DNA of 63,067 nt, counting the filler, from Octopus bimaculoides (taxonomy: Eukaryota), in assembly GCF_001194135.2 (NCBI RefSeq). It is 6 parts of 5 records of this genome, joined end to end, with 100 filler letters (N's around TTAATTAATTAA, not from the genome) between each part and the next. Parts side by side here need not be neighbours in the genome. Positions count along the whole stretch, not along the records: positions 48,210 to 57,996 come from NC_068995.1; positions 58,097 to 63,067 come from NC_068981.1; 4 more parts are not named here. The stretch is one strand, 5' to 3'. Every line of letters starts with the position of its first letter. Position 1 is the first letter of the stretch. Shown one piece after another: positions 51,441 to 63,067 of this stretch. The notes under the pieces are model-generated. The model searched no databases, was not told the origin of the DNA, and saw nothing but the letters and a program-made list of their open reading frames with translations. Both the position numbers and the translations under genes were made by a program.

Positions 51441-51954
51441 TCACCTCCCTTCACTTATCACATGTATGCAGTAATTCACCATTAGCCTTCAATTTATTCC
51501 CTTAGACATATATCTAAAGCATTTATATATTGTTAAAATAAAGAACGAAATAAAAATGAGCAATTATTGTAACCGATGAAGTGTTTCAAGATTTCTGTCA
51601 TAAAGCAGTTAATAAAGGTAAAGAAAACTAAATTTGAAATTGTAGGAAACAATGTTTAAATGTGCTATTGTTAAAGCACAATTAGGAAATCCTCTTCTTC
51701 AAATCTATTTTCAGATATCAGCCATCTTCAGTTTTTTAATTTTTTGCTCTATGGAAGTACCTTCAAGTCTTCCAAGTATAAGTATTTTTTCATGCTTGTC
51801 TCTTATTGCACATTAGTCCATGTATATATACGTGAACTTAGGTAAGTGTTTTCATATATATATGTTCGCATCTTTCCCATTTGCGTTCATGCCTTCATTC
51901 GTTTTGTATCTTCAATTTTTATTTTTACCGGATCGTGCACGCCGTATTCTTTCA

Positions 51955-52000
<46 letters not shown>

Positions 52001-52346
52001 NNNNNNNNNNNNNNNNNNNNNNNNNNNNNNNNNNNNNNNNNNNNNNNNNNNNNNNNNNNNNNNNNNNNNNNNNNNNNNNNNNNNNNNNNNNNNNNNNNNN
52101 NNNNNNNNNNNNNNNNNNNNNNNNNNNNNNNNNNNNNNNNNNNNNNNNNNNNNNNNNNNNNNNNNNNNNNNNNNNNNNNNNNNNNNNNNNNNNNNNNNNN
52201 NNNNNNNNNNNNNNNNNNNNNNNNNNNNNNNNNNNNNNNNNNNNNNNNNNNNNNNNNNNNNNNNNNNNNNNNNNNNNNNNNNNNNNNNNNNNNNNNNNNN
52301 NNNNNNNNNNNNNNNNNNNNNNNNNNNNNNNNNNNNNNNNNNNNNN

Positions 52347-52389
<43 letters not shown>

Positions 52390-52393
<4 letters not shown>

Positions 52394-53879
52394 CTAATTC
52401 CTTATTGTTTGACAATTTGAAATCTACATAGAAAAACCTCCAAATATAACGTAAAAAGTAAGTATATCTACTAGAATTGATGATGTCAGTGGATATCAAA
52501 AGAAGAAAAACTGCAGACAAGAATTCTACGTTATATAACTAAAGAATAAAAGCTACAGATAATAATTTTACGTAATGCTTAATAGAAACTTAGTTACTTT
52601 ACGTCGCTATAATTAATTACCTATTTATTTATTTTATATAATAAATCCTTCTACAGAAATTAACCTTATATAATAACTGAAAAATTATCATATTCGACAA
52701 CATATACAACCACCGATGACTTCACTGGATAATCAAAGACTAAAAATAACCAAAAAAAAGACAATAAAACCAAATACGTATTCATTCATTACAATAAACT
52801 CTTATATAGGAATTAACTTTATTATATAACAACTGAAAAATGATTATAATTAATAATAATAATACATACAATTATTGATGACTACACTAGATAACTAAAT
52901 AATAAAAATACCAGAAAAGATAATTAAATACCTATTTATTAATTATATTATACCCTTTTATAGGAATTAAGATTATTACATAATAGTGGGGAAATTCTAC
53001 AAGTATTCTACGTTATGCTTAATAGGTAACTAAAGAATAAAAACTCCAGACAATAATGCTACGTAATGCTTAATACAAACTTAGATACTTTATGTCGCAA
53101 TAATTAATTACTATAATTAATAATGTATAAAATTCTAGATGATCTCGGTGGATAATTAAAGAATAAAAATTATAGATAAGAATTCTACGTTACGTCGCTA
53201 TAATTAATTAATTACTCATTACATTAAACACTTTAATAGGAATTAGACTTATTACATAATAATTAATTATTATTTATAAGGTTAATTCCTATTAATCATT
53301 GATTTATTATATATTAAAGCAAAACCTATTAAATAAGTATTTAAATTTCCTTTCTGGGATTTTCATTCTTTAGTCATCTAGCGTAGTCATCAATAATTGT
53401 ATATATTATTATTATTAATTATAATAATTTTTCAATTGTTATATAATAAGGTTAATTTCTATATAAAAGTTTATTATAATGAATAAATAGGTATTTAGTT
53501 GTTTTTTCTGTACTTTTTAGTTTTTGATTATCCAATGAAGTCCTCGGTGGTTGTATATGCTGTTGAATATAATAATTTTTCAGTTATTATATAAAGTTAA
53601 TTTCTGTAGAAGGGTTTATTATATTAAATAAAAAAAAGGTAATTAAATATATAGCGATGTAAAGTAGCTAAGTTTCTATTAAGCATTGCGTAGAATTATT
53701 ATCTGTAGACTTTATTCTTTAGTTATCTATTAAATATAACGTAGAATTCTTGTCTGCAGTTTTTGTTCTTTTGATATCCACTGACATCATCAATTCTAGT
53801 AGATATACTTATTTTTTACGTTATGTTTTGGGTTTTTTTATGTAGATTTCAAACTGTCAGAAAATAAGGAATTAGTATG
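52390..53879. mobile_element. Foldback-like non-autonomous element with about 550-bp modular terminal inverted repeats
   Basis: The left arm 52390-~52941 is the reverse complement of the right arm ~53327-53879. For example, 52452-52530 vs 53737-53815 show 2 mismatches in 79 nt. The spacer consists of direct copies of arm modules. There is no ORF. Confidence 0.85.
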
Positions 53880-54095
53880 GTATTTTTTAATTATATTTTT
53901 GTAAAATAAATTAGTCATTCAATGACATCACTCATGGATGAATGAATGAATGCCTAAAGTTAAATTTGTTTGGCATTTCTTTTTGTTAGCGTTTTGTAAC
54001 AGCTAAAACTTTTTCAGATGTTCAGTTAGAACTTCAACAATTTGAATTACCTTGATGATGTGTTGACATAAATTTTCATACATATTATTATTATT

Positions 54096-54240
54096 AGGCG
54101 GAGGAATGGCTGTGTGGTAAATAGCTTGCTTACCAACCACATGATTCCGGGTTCATTCCCACTGCGTGGCACCTTGGGCAGCCGACCAAAGCCTTGTGAG
54201 TGGATTTGCTAGACGGAAACTGAAAGAAGCCCGTCGTATA
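54096..54240 (+). mobile_element. SINE family A, 5' half
   Basis: aggcggaggaatggctgtgtggtaaatagcttgcttaccaaccacatgattccgggttcattcccactgcgtggcaccttgggca...gacggaaactgaaagaagcccgtcg. Confidence 0.85.
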
Positions 54241-54295
54241 TATGTGTATATATATATATGTATGTATGTGTGTGAGTGTGTGTTTGTGTATATAA

Positions 54296-54348
<53 letters not shown>

Positions 54349-54485
54349 CACACGTATATGTTAATGCAATTGAAACAAATGTTGTATTTTTAAGGCGTGA
54401 TCTAAAATAAACATGATTTTCTTCATACATATTACTGCTTGTTGTTAAATACTCTGAATCTCTTAAAATCTGCATAAAGATTGCT

Positions 54486-54538
54486 GGATTTACCTGTCAT
54501 GTTTGAGGATTTACCTGTCATGTTTGAGGATTTACCTG
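54486..54538 (+). repeat. 21-bp minisatellite, 2.5 copies (ggatttacctgtcatgtttga)
   Basis: Directly visible perfect units. Confidence 0.9.
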
Positions 54539-55323
54539 GGATTTGTATTCTACTTACATTCTACTGGTATCTACTCGTTGGAAATTTAACCTTATTCCTT
54601 TATACTGAGTGCTTACATGTTATCTGCCAGGATTTTTTAATCGCATTTTTTCTTTTATATATATAAATATAGGGATGGTATTATTAAAATACCATCACGA
54701 GTGGTAAGCGAATTATCAGCCGTACAACCAAATTAATAAAATATATACATACAATATTAGATATGTACATATATATACACAAGGGTACTACATGAGTACC
54801 TATATCGCTAAAAAAATAGAAGTAAAAAATACTTCTGTACCACCGAATAGTCACAAATCTATTACAGACATGATAGGAAAAAATATCAGTGAACAGTAAT
54901 AATGTCTTACCTCTACTGGGTCAGAACAAGTGAATGCTGGTCATCCTGGTACCGGCATGTAATATTTCTGTTAGTTTATATTATAATAAACGTAAAGTTA
55001 ATTATGGCACGTTTATAATTTTTGATATTTTTAATAATATTGTTTAACATTTTTCTATCTTAATATAATAAGTATTTTTATATACATTCATTTGTTATTT
55101 ATTGTTGGTTGATATATACATTCTTTTATTATTATTATTGTTGTATTTTGACCTGAAGATTAGCTATATTTTTGAATAGAATTCATTTTCGGTCGATTTA
55201 ATCGATTTGAATATATTTTAATTTCCATTTGAAAACTTGGTTATGAAATACGTGTAGTCGTTTTTATTATCATTATCTTATGATTTTGACTTTCTANNNN
55301 NNNNNNTATTTACTTACATACAT

Positions 55324-55376
<53 letters not shown>

Positions 55377-56054
55377 CGTATGTATGTATGTATGTATATG
55401 CATAGTGTTAGAGCGTACTAAATCATTGATAGTGAAAAGGGTTTTATATCAATTGCTTCAGTGCTCAGGCTAGGAGAAACTTACGGAACCAATTAGAGAG
55501 ATAAGATATTTTTCCTGTGGTATTAAGCATATTCATCGAAAATATATTGGTTGACAAATTGGTCGAAAGATATATTCTTAGAAAATTATATTCGTTGGAA
55601 AACGTATTTATAGAAAATTGAAACTGGTAAAAGAAAAACTACATATATATAGAAAACATATAAGTTGACATCAAATTCCAGGATAGATATATTTGTCGAA
55701 AAATATAAACAAGCATTATAATCTTTTAAAACAACTTATAGAAATTTGAAATTCATAACAAATTTTAAAATGAAATGTATTTTCAATTTATTTCCAGCTA
55801 ATTTGTTTTTGAAATGAAAATGAATATTATTATAAGGAAATGAATTTGTGCGCCTAGGGCAACTAGCTTTAAATTATCAGTAGAATTTTAATCAGTGATT
55901 TTTGTTATAATAATCCCTTGTATGATATCTTCTGTTTCCAGCATTCTCTGAATACATATTCGATGTTGTGAAGTCTATAATAACGACAAAGGAATGAACG
56001 TAATAATGAAATATCTTGTAAAAAAATAGTCGTTAGAGATGTATTTTTAGATTC

Positions 56055-57995
56055 TCCGTCTACCACCTCGACAACTCACTTTACTCTCCCCCTCATAAAC
56101 CCGAATTAAACACAAAACTAGCTAGACTCAAACAACCCATACATAACATATTAGATAAACGCCCTTCCTCATCACGCAACCTTATTAAATCCCAATTCCT
56201 GACCTTGCAAAACTTCAGAAACATAAACCTCATCTACCTACCTTCAAACAAAGGGACAGAATTCTGCATTATAGATAAACCCACCTACAACAAACTAGCT
56301 ATCGAACACCTCAGTGATATCAAACTATACGAAAAGGTTTACAACATCATACCTCACCAATTGGAGTCCATCATCAACATCATCTGGACCAACATCTGCC
56401 ACAAAAGGAATCTCTCTAAGAAGACTAGGCTGAACTACACATCTAAAAACACCATCCTTCTACCATTTAAAAAAACCCCACAAACCCGGACCTAAGCTTA
56501 AACTAAGACCCATGGTATCAGGAATTAACGGTCCTTTCTATAAGATTTCTCGGCTCCTCTCTAAACTCCTCAAGCCCTTACTACATGCATTCCCTGGACA
56601 CGTCAGCAGCTCCCACGAAATCTTCACAAGACTCAAAGATATCGACCCCCTCCATACTTAAAACTAACAAATGCCCTTTTAGTTTACATGTAGTTTCCCT
56701 CTACACCTCTGTACCTGCTCTCCCGGCCGTTGATATCCTCATAGACCACATCATGTCCTTATCTCCTCCCCACTTCTCCTTGCTTTCACCTCCCTCCATC
56801 CCCTGCATCCTCCTCCTCCCCATCTTCCCCTTCATCTTCTCTCACCTCTCCATCTATCAACCTCCAGCTGTTCGGCCTCACACCCTCGGACATATGAGAG
56901 TTACTAACCATTACAGTTGGTAACACCTACTTCCAATATAACGGTGTGATTTATAAACTTCCGGTCTACCTTTGGGATCTGACCTTTCAGGCCTGCTGGC
57001 CATCACGTACATGGATAAGCTAGAATTCACAGCACTCAATACCTGCCGCTCATGCATCTTCTTCTCCAGGTACGTTGACGACATCGTTATCATCACGTCG
57101 TCCAGTGATGAGGCCATTAACATACACCAGACTTTCAATAACACCGACATAAACATCAAATTCGAGATTGAACATCCAGACGAATCCGGAACCCTCTATC
57201 TACTCGACTTTCAACTCAAGATCACAGAGGAAGGCTCCATATTTACCAAATTCTACATAAAAAGCCACTAATAGAAAACTTTTCGTCCGCTACCAATCAG
57301 CCTTACTCACTAGAGCCAAAGCCGCATACATGAAAAACGAGAGTGAACGTATAAACAAGAATTGCAGCGCAACATGACCGACAAGGCCGTCAATATCAAA
57401 CAGTTCCTCAGGGACCTAACGCTGAATGGCTACTCAGCATCTTTCGCTGAACAACGGCGCCTAAAGAGCATCAAAGGTCAATAAACCCCGGAAGAACCAT
57501 CATACTCCTAATCCGGCATGTGCTTCCTAAAGCTACCACACTTTGACGACAGAACTACTGCAGCGATACAACACGCAGTCCGCAGGGAAGGACTCGACAT
57601 ACAGATAGTGCACACCGGCCCTTCCCTAAGAAAAGCTCTGTCCAAGAACAACACCTCTCACTACTCTGAGGAGTGCACATTGTCGAACTGCCCCATCAAT
57701 GTCCCTGAATTGTGCCAGAGGACCAATGTTGTATATGAGACCATCTGTGGAAAATGTGGCGCATCCTACATAGGATGCACGACAAGAAAACTGCATATAC
57801 GCATTAAGGAACAAATGCAGGCAGACAATTCCGGAAATGCCAGACCCGGGAATTCACAGTGCACATCAAGGCAATACAGCGGAACAGGGGTAAACGTAGA
57901 ATCTCTGAAGCCATCCTCGTACATCAAAAGAAACCCAAGATCAACAACAGAAGAGAGTTACAGGAAGCTAGCTGGTTGCTATAGCAACACCTTTT
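56055..57995 (+). mobile_element. Penelope-like element (RT + GIY-YIG), decayed
   Basis: LIYLPSNKG, LKLRPMVSGINGP, SLHVVSLYTSVP, TYFQYNG, GLPLGSDLSGLLAITYMD, RYVDD, IKFEIEH, LYLLD, then GIY-YIG VVYETICGKCGASYIGCTTRKLHIRIKEQ and RRISEAILVHQKKPKIN. Several stops and frameshifts are present. Confidence 0.9.
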
Positions 57996-58724
57996 CNNNN
58001 NNNNNNNNNNNNNNNNNNNNNNNNNNNNNNNNNNNNNNNNTTAATTAATTAANNNNNNNNNNNNNNNNNNNNNNNNNNNNNNNNNNNNNNNNNNNNTTAA
58101 TCTCCATATTTTCCCACGTAGATTGGTTGAAAAAAAGTTCAAAAAAAGTTTTAAACAAGTTTAAAAAAAACCCCACTTTAATTTCAAATGAATTACTTTG
58201 TCATATTACTGCAGGAAATTACTCTGAAAGAAATCTTTGCAGAAAGGTGAGTAGATTGATTATGGCTGTTATTTCTAGCATGTGGCTAGCCTGCTTGAAA
58301 AATTGAAATTTTACAAACAAATTTCTTTCAGAATTGTAATCTTCGTATTTTTCTATATATTTTGCAAAAAAAAAAAAAAATTTCCGGAAAAAGTTAAAAA
58401 TGAAAGGGAGGGGAATTGAAATTTTGAAAATGCAATTTTTGAAACTTTTTTTTTCAGAATCAGATCCTCCATAACCAAAAACATGGGATTCCATTAAAAA
58501 AAATCAATATATATCCATTTTACTGAAAGTTATGACGGAAAAATCGGATCTTGTGAATTTTCTGAAAGTCCTCCTTGTCACCCCACCCCCCAGGGTCGTT
58601 AGCGCAATTGTTTTTTCATATTCGTTTTCTACATACTTGTTAACACCCAGAAAGCTGGGGATTTTTTGTTCACGGGTGAAGATCTTTATATTGACCCATT
58701 TTTCTTTACTTTCATCCCCAGGAT

Positions 58725-59002
58725 GGAGCAATAGTTTAGCCGAACTTAATGAATACATTCAGTTAGCAGTGCAGGAGATGACTCCTGAAATGCTTCAAAG
58801 TGGATTTCACAACACTAAGGATAAATTTTAAATTTGCAGGGATACAGATGGAGCACATTTTGAAAATTTTCAATAAAATTTTGACATAAGATTTATAAAT
58901 TTGTTTTGGTATCATAATTAAGTATTAAACATAAAATTCTGTCAGTTTTTTTTAAATTTGCCTGATTTCGCTCAAATAGATAGTTAATTCTGGGATACCC
59001 TG
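58725..59002 (+). mobile_element. Mariner/maT-type 3' fragment with TIR
   Basis: SLAELNEYIQLAVQEMTPEMLQSGFHNTKDKF*ICRDTDGAHFENF is a C-terminal helix motif. The end ttaattctgggataccctg is similar to the caccctg|TA end at 3466. Confidence 0.6.
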
Positions 59003-60668
59003 TGTGTGTGTATATATATGTAGTGGAAAAGGTGTAGCACAAGATGTTGAGGTAACCAATGAAATAGGTAATTTAGCATCTTCAAAGTAAACAATGGAAA
59101 AACATCGGTTTGTAGTTTAAATAATTTATTTAAACGACACTTGCAATTTGCTTGTTGTATACACAAATATTCACTACATTACATCGTTACAAACTGCTTC
59201 GAGTTGGTGAAGAATTTACAGGTTACATACTGTAGATATGATAGGGTAGAACCAGGCATGTTTTGGGTGTGTGCACGTTGGTCATTCAGTAGTGTCTGTT
59301 TAGGTTCTGCAATATCGTCTGTCGTCCATGTTGAATATCTGAGAAACTACTGACTGGCTATCTTGTGGCAAGTCTCTCTCTTCATCCCTGACTTCACTGC
59401 CTGTCCCTTGACAGATTACTGTATTTATAAAAGTCACGTCAGCTAGAAGGACAGACATACCACAGGAGAAATTGTACCTAAATAGGTCAACTCCTGTCCA
59501 TTTCAACCCTAAATGACATGGCTGAAGTCAAAGGTCAAAGGGAAACAATCCATCATTTTTTGACAGGACAAAGAAATTTCTTTCATGCCTGTTTGGTCAG
59601 TGGGGGATCAGACAAGTGAGAATCTTTAGTTTTGGTTTCGAACCTCAGCTCGGAAAAAGGAAGTGTTAGTTTTTACACATATATACTGTACTGGAAACAT
59701 TATTATGAATTTTTAAAAAACACTATATATTTTGCTTGTTTGGTTATTTAAACGAGACAAATAAGTTTAAATCATTAATTTTCACACAATTGTGACTGTA
59801 CATTCTCTGACTTTGATTTTAGCCATGGCTTATAAGAGTTTCTAGTGACATCTGGCAATAATGAGCTTCAGTTGTCTGACAACACTAAATTGCATTATGC
59901 AGCCTAGTTGCTGCAGCCCATGTTTTCTTCAGTTTTAGTCAAGTAGTGGTCAGTGTAGGGTGTGTTCTAATGACTTTTTAGTTACTCTGTATTGTATTAG
60001 TTACAAATTCATGTAGAAAGTTATACTTAAAGTGTAAAAAACGTGTTATTTCAATTCCAAGATGAGATGGGTAAACAAAGAGATCTTAGTCCCCATAAAA
60101 TTGAACAAATAGAAATGTATTTGAGGGATATCTCAGTTAAACAGAGAGAAATTGCAAAGAAACTAAATGTTTCAATTAAGAAAAAAAATGGAAAAGAAAA
60201 AGGGTTGGTAACTGTGGTAGGAAATGAGTAACAAGCCCTAGAATTGATAGAAAAATAGGAATTTCTCTCAATAATAGAAGAGCATCTTGTAATAAGATTT
60301 CCCACAAATTAATGGAAAAGAATGTTACTATGCATTGAAGAACAATTAACAACAGACTTTTGGAAGGTGGATTACACGCATATTGTCCAAGGAAAAAAAA
60401 ACCATGCACAGCCTAAAAATCATATTGCATGCACTTTTAAGCAATGGGAGCAGGTAAGACTATCTAAAATAGTGGATTAGAATCTTTATGTATTGTATCC
60501 AGGATAAAATATGATATTATTGATAAAATATGATGTTATCATTGATTTCAGCCATCAAACCAGCTTTATAAAGGACTAGACTACCCGTGACCCATTGGGT
60601 CACCTGGAAAGACTGAGTTTTCTAGCAACGGAGTTTTGTTTCATGAGTGTTTTTTTTTTCTTTTCCAG

Positions 60669-60711
60669 GTTATTTTGCATGCTTTCAACGAATTTGACAT
60701 TGAAACCACGT
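60669..60711 (+). other. Splice-bounded 43-nt segment inside the Tc1 interruption (cryptic or host micro-exon?)
   Basis: Acceptor ttttttttttcttttccag and donor CGT|gtaagt are both near consensus. Confidence 0.25.
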
Positions 60712-61049
60712 GTAAGTGGTTCCTTTCTCCGGAAAAGTATTTCGGGTCCTATGTCACAAATAGCTGTTACATGGTAGCAGGGTGTGCTAGAAATAGCAGC
60801 CAAATCTTTGGAGCTGAGACACTTTGAATGCACTCAAAAAAATTTTTATAATGGGGCAATCTTTTGCTTTGACTCTCAGAACTGTCATCTGGATCAGCTG
60901 GTTTTGTTCGTTAATTTTTGTTTATTTACTTTTGCTTTAAAGTGAAAGAGAGGAGAAAGTAAAAGATGTATGAATGTGTATATGAAATGGACGTGTGTGT
61001 GTGTGTGAGAGAGAGAGAGTGCTACTTACACATACATGAGAACACACAC

Positions 61050-61183
61050 ATTCACTCACTCACTTTCTCTCTCTCTTTCTCTCTCTCTTGCTCTCTTTCT
61101 CTCTCTCTTTTCTCTCTCTCNNNNNNNNNNACTCACTTTCTCTCTCTCTTTCTCTCTCTCTTGCTCTCTTTCTCTCTCTCTTT

Positions 61184-61219
<36 letters not shown>

Positions 61220-61374
61220 TCTGTCACACACACACACACACATGCACACATAGATACAAAAAAGATGTACTCATACGTATTGATGTATGTACGTATACAT
61301 GACAACATACCCCTTCACTCACTCCTTCTCTTTCTTACTCTCTCTCTCTTTCTCTCTCTCTCTCTTTCTCTCTC

Positions 61375-61420
<46 letters not shown>
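61050..61420. repeat. (CT)n-rich low-complexity tract
   Basis: Directly visible. Confidence 0.9.
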
Positions 61421-61422
<2 letters not shown>

Positions 61423-62820
61423 GTCCATTTCATATACACATATATACATATTTCACTTTCTCCTCTCTTTCACTTTAAAGCAAGAGTAAATAAATAAAAA
61501 AAATTTACAGAAATTAACAACTTGAAAATAATTTTAAAAAACATTAAAATATTGTCTATTTAAAGAAAGCTAAAATATAAATACTTACTGTACAAACAAC
61601 TTACATTTTTGAAATCCCATTCAGTTAGAAATATTTCTAAATTATTAAAATATTGTGTACATCAAAAAGTCGACATTTCTTTTATCTTAGAGGGTGCGAA
61701 GACTACATGTGTGTATTATGTCACAGAGAATGGACGTGTGTTTGTGTTGATTGACACGCCATGACATTCATTGTATGTGTGTATCCTATGTGTGTATGTG
61801 AGTTGGCATTACAGAAGCCATGTTTTTTTTTCATCAAGAAATAACAAACAAAAATTGTGTTTACTCGTTTTCATTAATAAATAGAGGTCCAAATGTCACA
61901 AAAATTTGTGCTGCACTGCTGAAGGTAAGTATGAAAATAAATATGCATAGAAAAAAAAATTAAGATAAAATATACTATTTCTGAGATATTTTGGGTACAA
62001 ACATCCCTAGAGTTTTAGTATTATCAAGATTATTTAAAAATAGCTATTTATTTCTGATTGTTATAGACTGAAACAAAAGCGTATTCTGAATGTCCTATTA
62101 ATTGAACTTGGTTGTCAATTGTTGCTGGTGGTGTTTTCAATTGAATCCACCATAGCAGTGCTCGATGATCAGGTGCAAAGTGTGAAAAGGATTGGTGAGG
62201 AATTTCATCCAGGTTGTCTTTGAAAACACTAAAATTTCCACAGAAGATTATGGTTTGGGGGATAATTTCTGCCCATAGAACTAGTCGCCTGAAAATAATT
62301 GAAGGTTCTATGAACCAAGGGAGCTACATAGAAGTAGACTAAAATCACAAGTACAGGAATGGTATGGATACAGGCCTTGGATATTCCAACAGGACTCAGC
62401 ACCATGCCATACAACAAAATCGGTAAAGACATGGTTTGCCAAAAATGCTGTTAAAGTACTTCCATAGCCAGGAAATTCATCTGAAATGAATCCAATTGAG
62501 AGCCTATAGTGTCTGTTGAAAGATGCAACACAATAATCCCTTATTACAACCAAATACCTCCTTATTGAGCACCTCATACAAGTTTGGTTCCATTCAGACA
62601 GGATCAAGGATTTGTGCAAAATACTAGTTCATGGCATGCCTTGACATGTACAAGCCCTTAATTCTGCTAAAGGAGGGCAAACTGACTACTGAAATACTAG
62701 TTTTGCATAAATAATAGGAAATAAATCATCTGCCAATACATAAATTCAGTTTATTTTACATCTATATATAGAAACACCAACAATTTCAAAAATCCATTAT
62801 AATGTTTCTAGTATTGTATA

Positions 62821-62885
<65 letters not shown>

Positions 62886-62889
62886 CAAA

Positions 62890-63067
62890 AAAACAATAAC
62901 AAAAAAACAAAAAAACAACAAAGTGAGGACGTGATATGGATAGTATTATTGGACGCTCAGGAAAGGAAAGAGAGAGTGTATGACGTTTCGGGCGTAGCCC
63001 TTCGTCGGAAAGATGGAAAGTTCGGAGAATGGAAGAACGGAGAAAGAGGAAAATGGTACCGATGCCC
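62890..63067 (-). mobile_element. Probable Penelope-type terminal repeat with a minimal hammerhead-like core
   Basis: The - strand 63009-62981 reads tCCGACGAa-gggc-tac-gccc-GAAAcgtc, i.e. the CUGANGA/stem II/GAAA layout with U4 replaced by C. Confidence 0.4.

Larger units (their letters stand above)
59686..62816 (+). mobile_element. Full-length Tc1 (DD34E) element, decayed, with an intron-like 1.67-kb interruption
   Basis: TIRs with flanks at 59682-59714 and 62788-62820 match 28/33, with TA on both sides. N-terminus MGKQRDLSPHKIEQI...QREIAKKLNVS...CGRK...DRKI...RTINNRLLEGGL...PRKK. Catalytic part VVFSIES...IMVWG...FQQD-x34-E (NPIE)...KGGQTDY*. Confidence 0.88.

Noticed and set aside
55140-55270. 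cctgaaga...gaaatacgtgtagtcg as a second hammerhead or Penelope terminus
   Set aside because: Core elements are too far apart and stem II cannot be formed.
2-61489. Most long entries in the ORF track (VCVC, YIYI, SLSL, poly-X, poly-L/F/V)
   Set aside because: These are translations of microsatellites or N-gaps.
1-63067. CRISPR arrays, rRNA, intact tRNA genes, prokaryotic operons
   Set aside because: No repeat-spacer arrays or such genes were seen. tRNA-like motifs are SINE heads or relics.

Overview
AT-rich, microsatellite-dense eukaryotic DNA from a gapped draft assembly. The SINE families look like those I recall from octopus genomes, so a coleoid cephalopod is inferred, not shown. No rRNA, CRISPR or prokaryotic content was found. 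Most of the window is repeat debris: at least four tRNA-derived SINE families, six Tc1/mariner/maT fragments, a decayed Penelope-like element, an RT-less R4/Dong-type LINE, and Tx1-, CR1- and RTE-type LINE fragments. One Tc1 is complete between TIRs and has an intron-like interruption. Short, well-formed splice-bounded open frames occur on both strands, suggesting introns of one or two host genes I cannot name. Highlights: (1) an endogenous CRESS-DNA-virus Rep SF3 helicase of the nanovirus/alphasatellite type at 7363-7699 (-), with one frameshift just after Walker A; (2) a 1.49-kb Foldback-like element with about 550-bp modular inverted arms at 52390-53879; (3) a 109-nt near-perfect hairpin at 13658-13766. 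All family assignments come from motif recall by eye; no searches were run.
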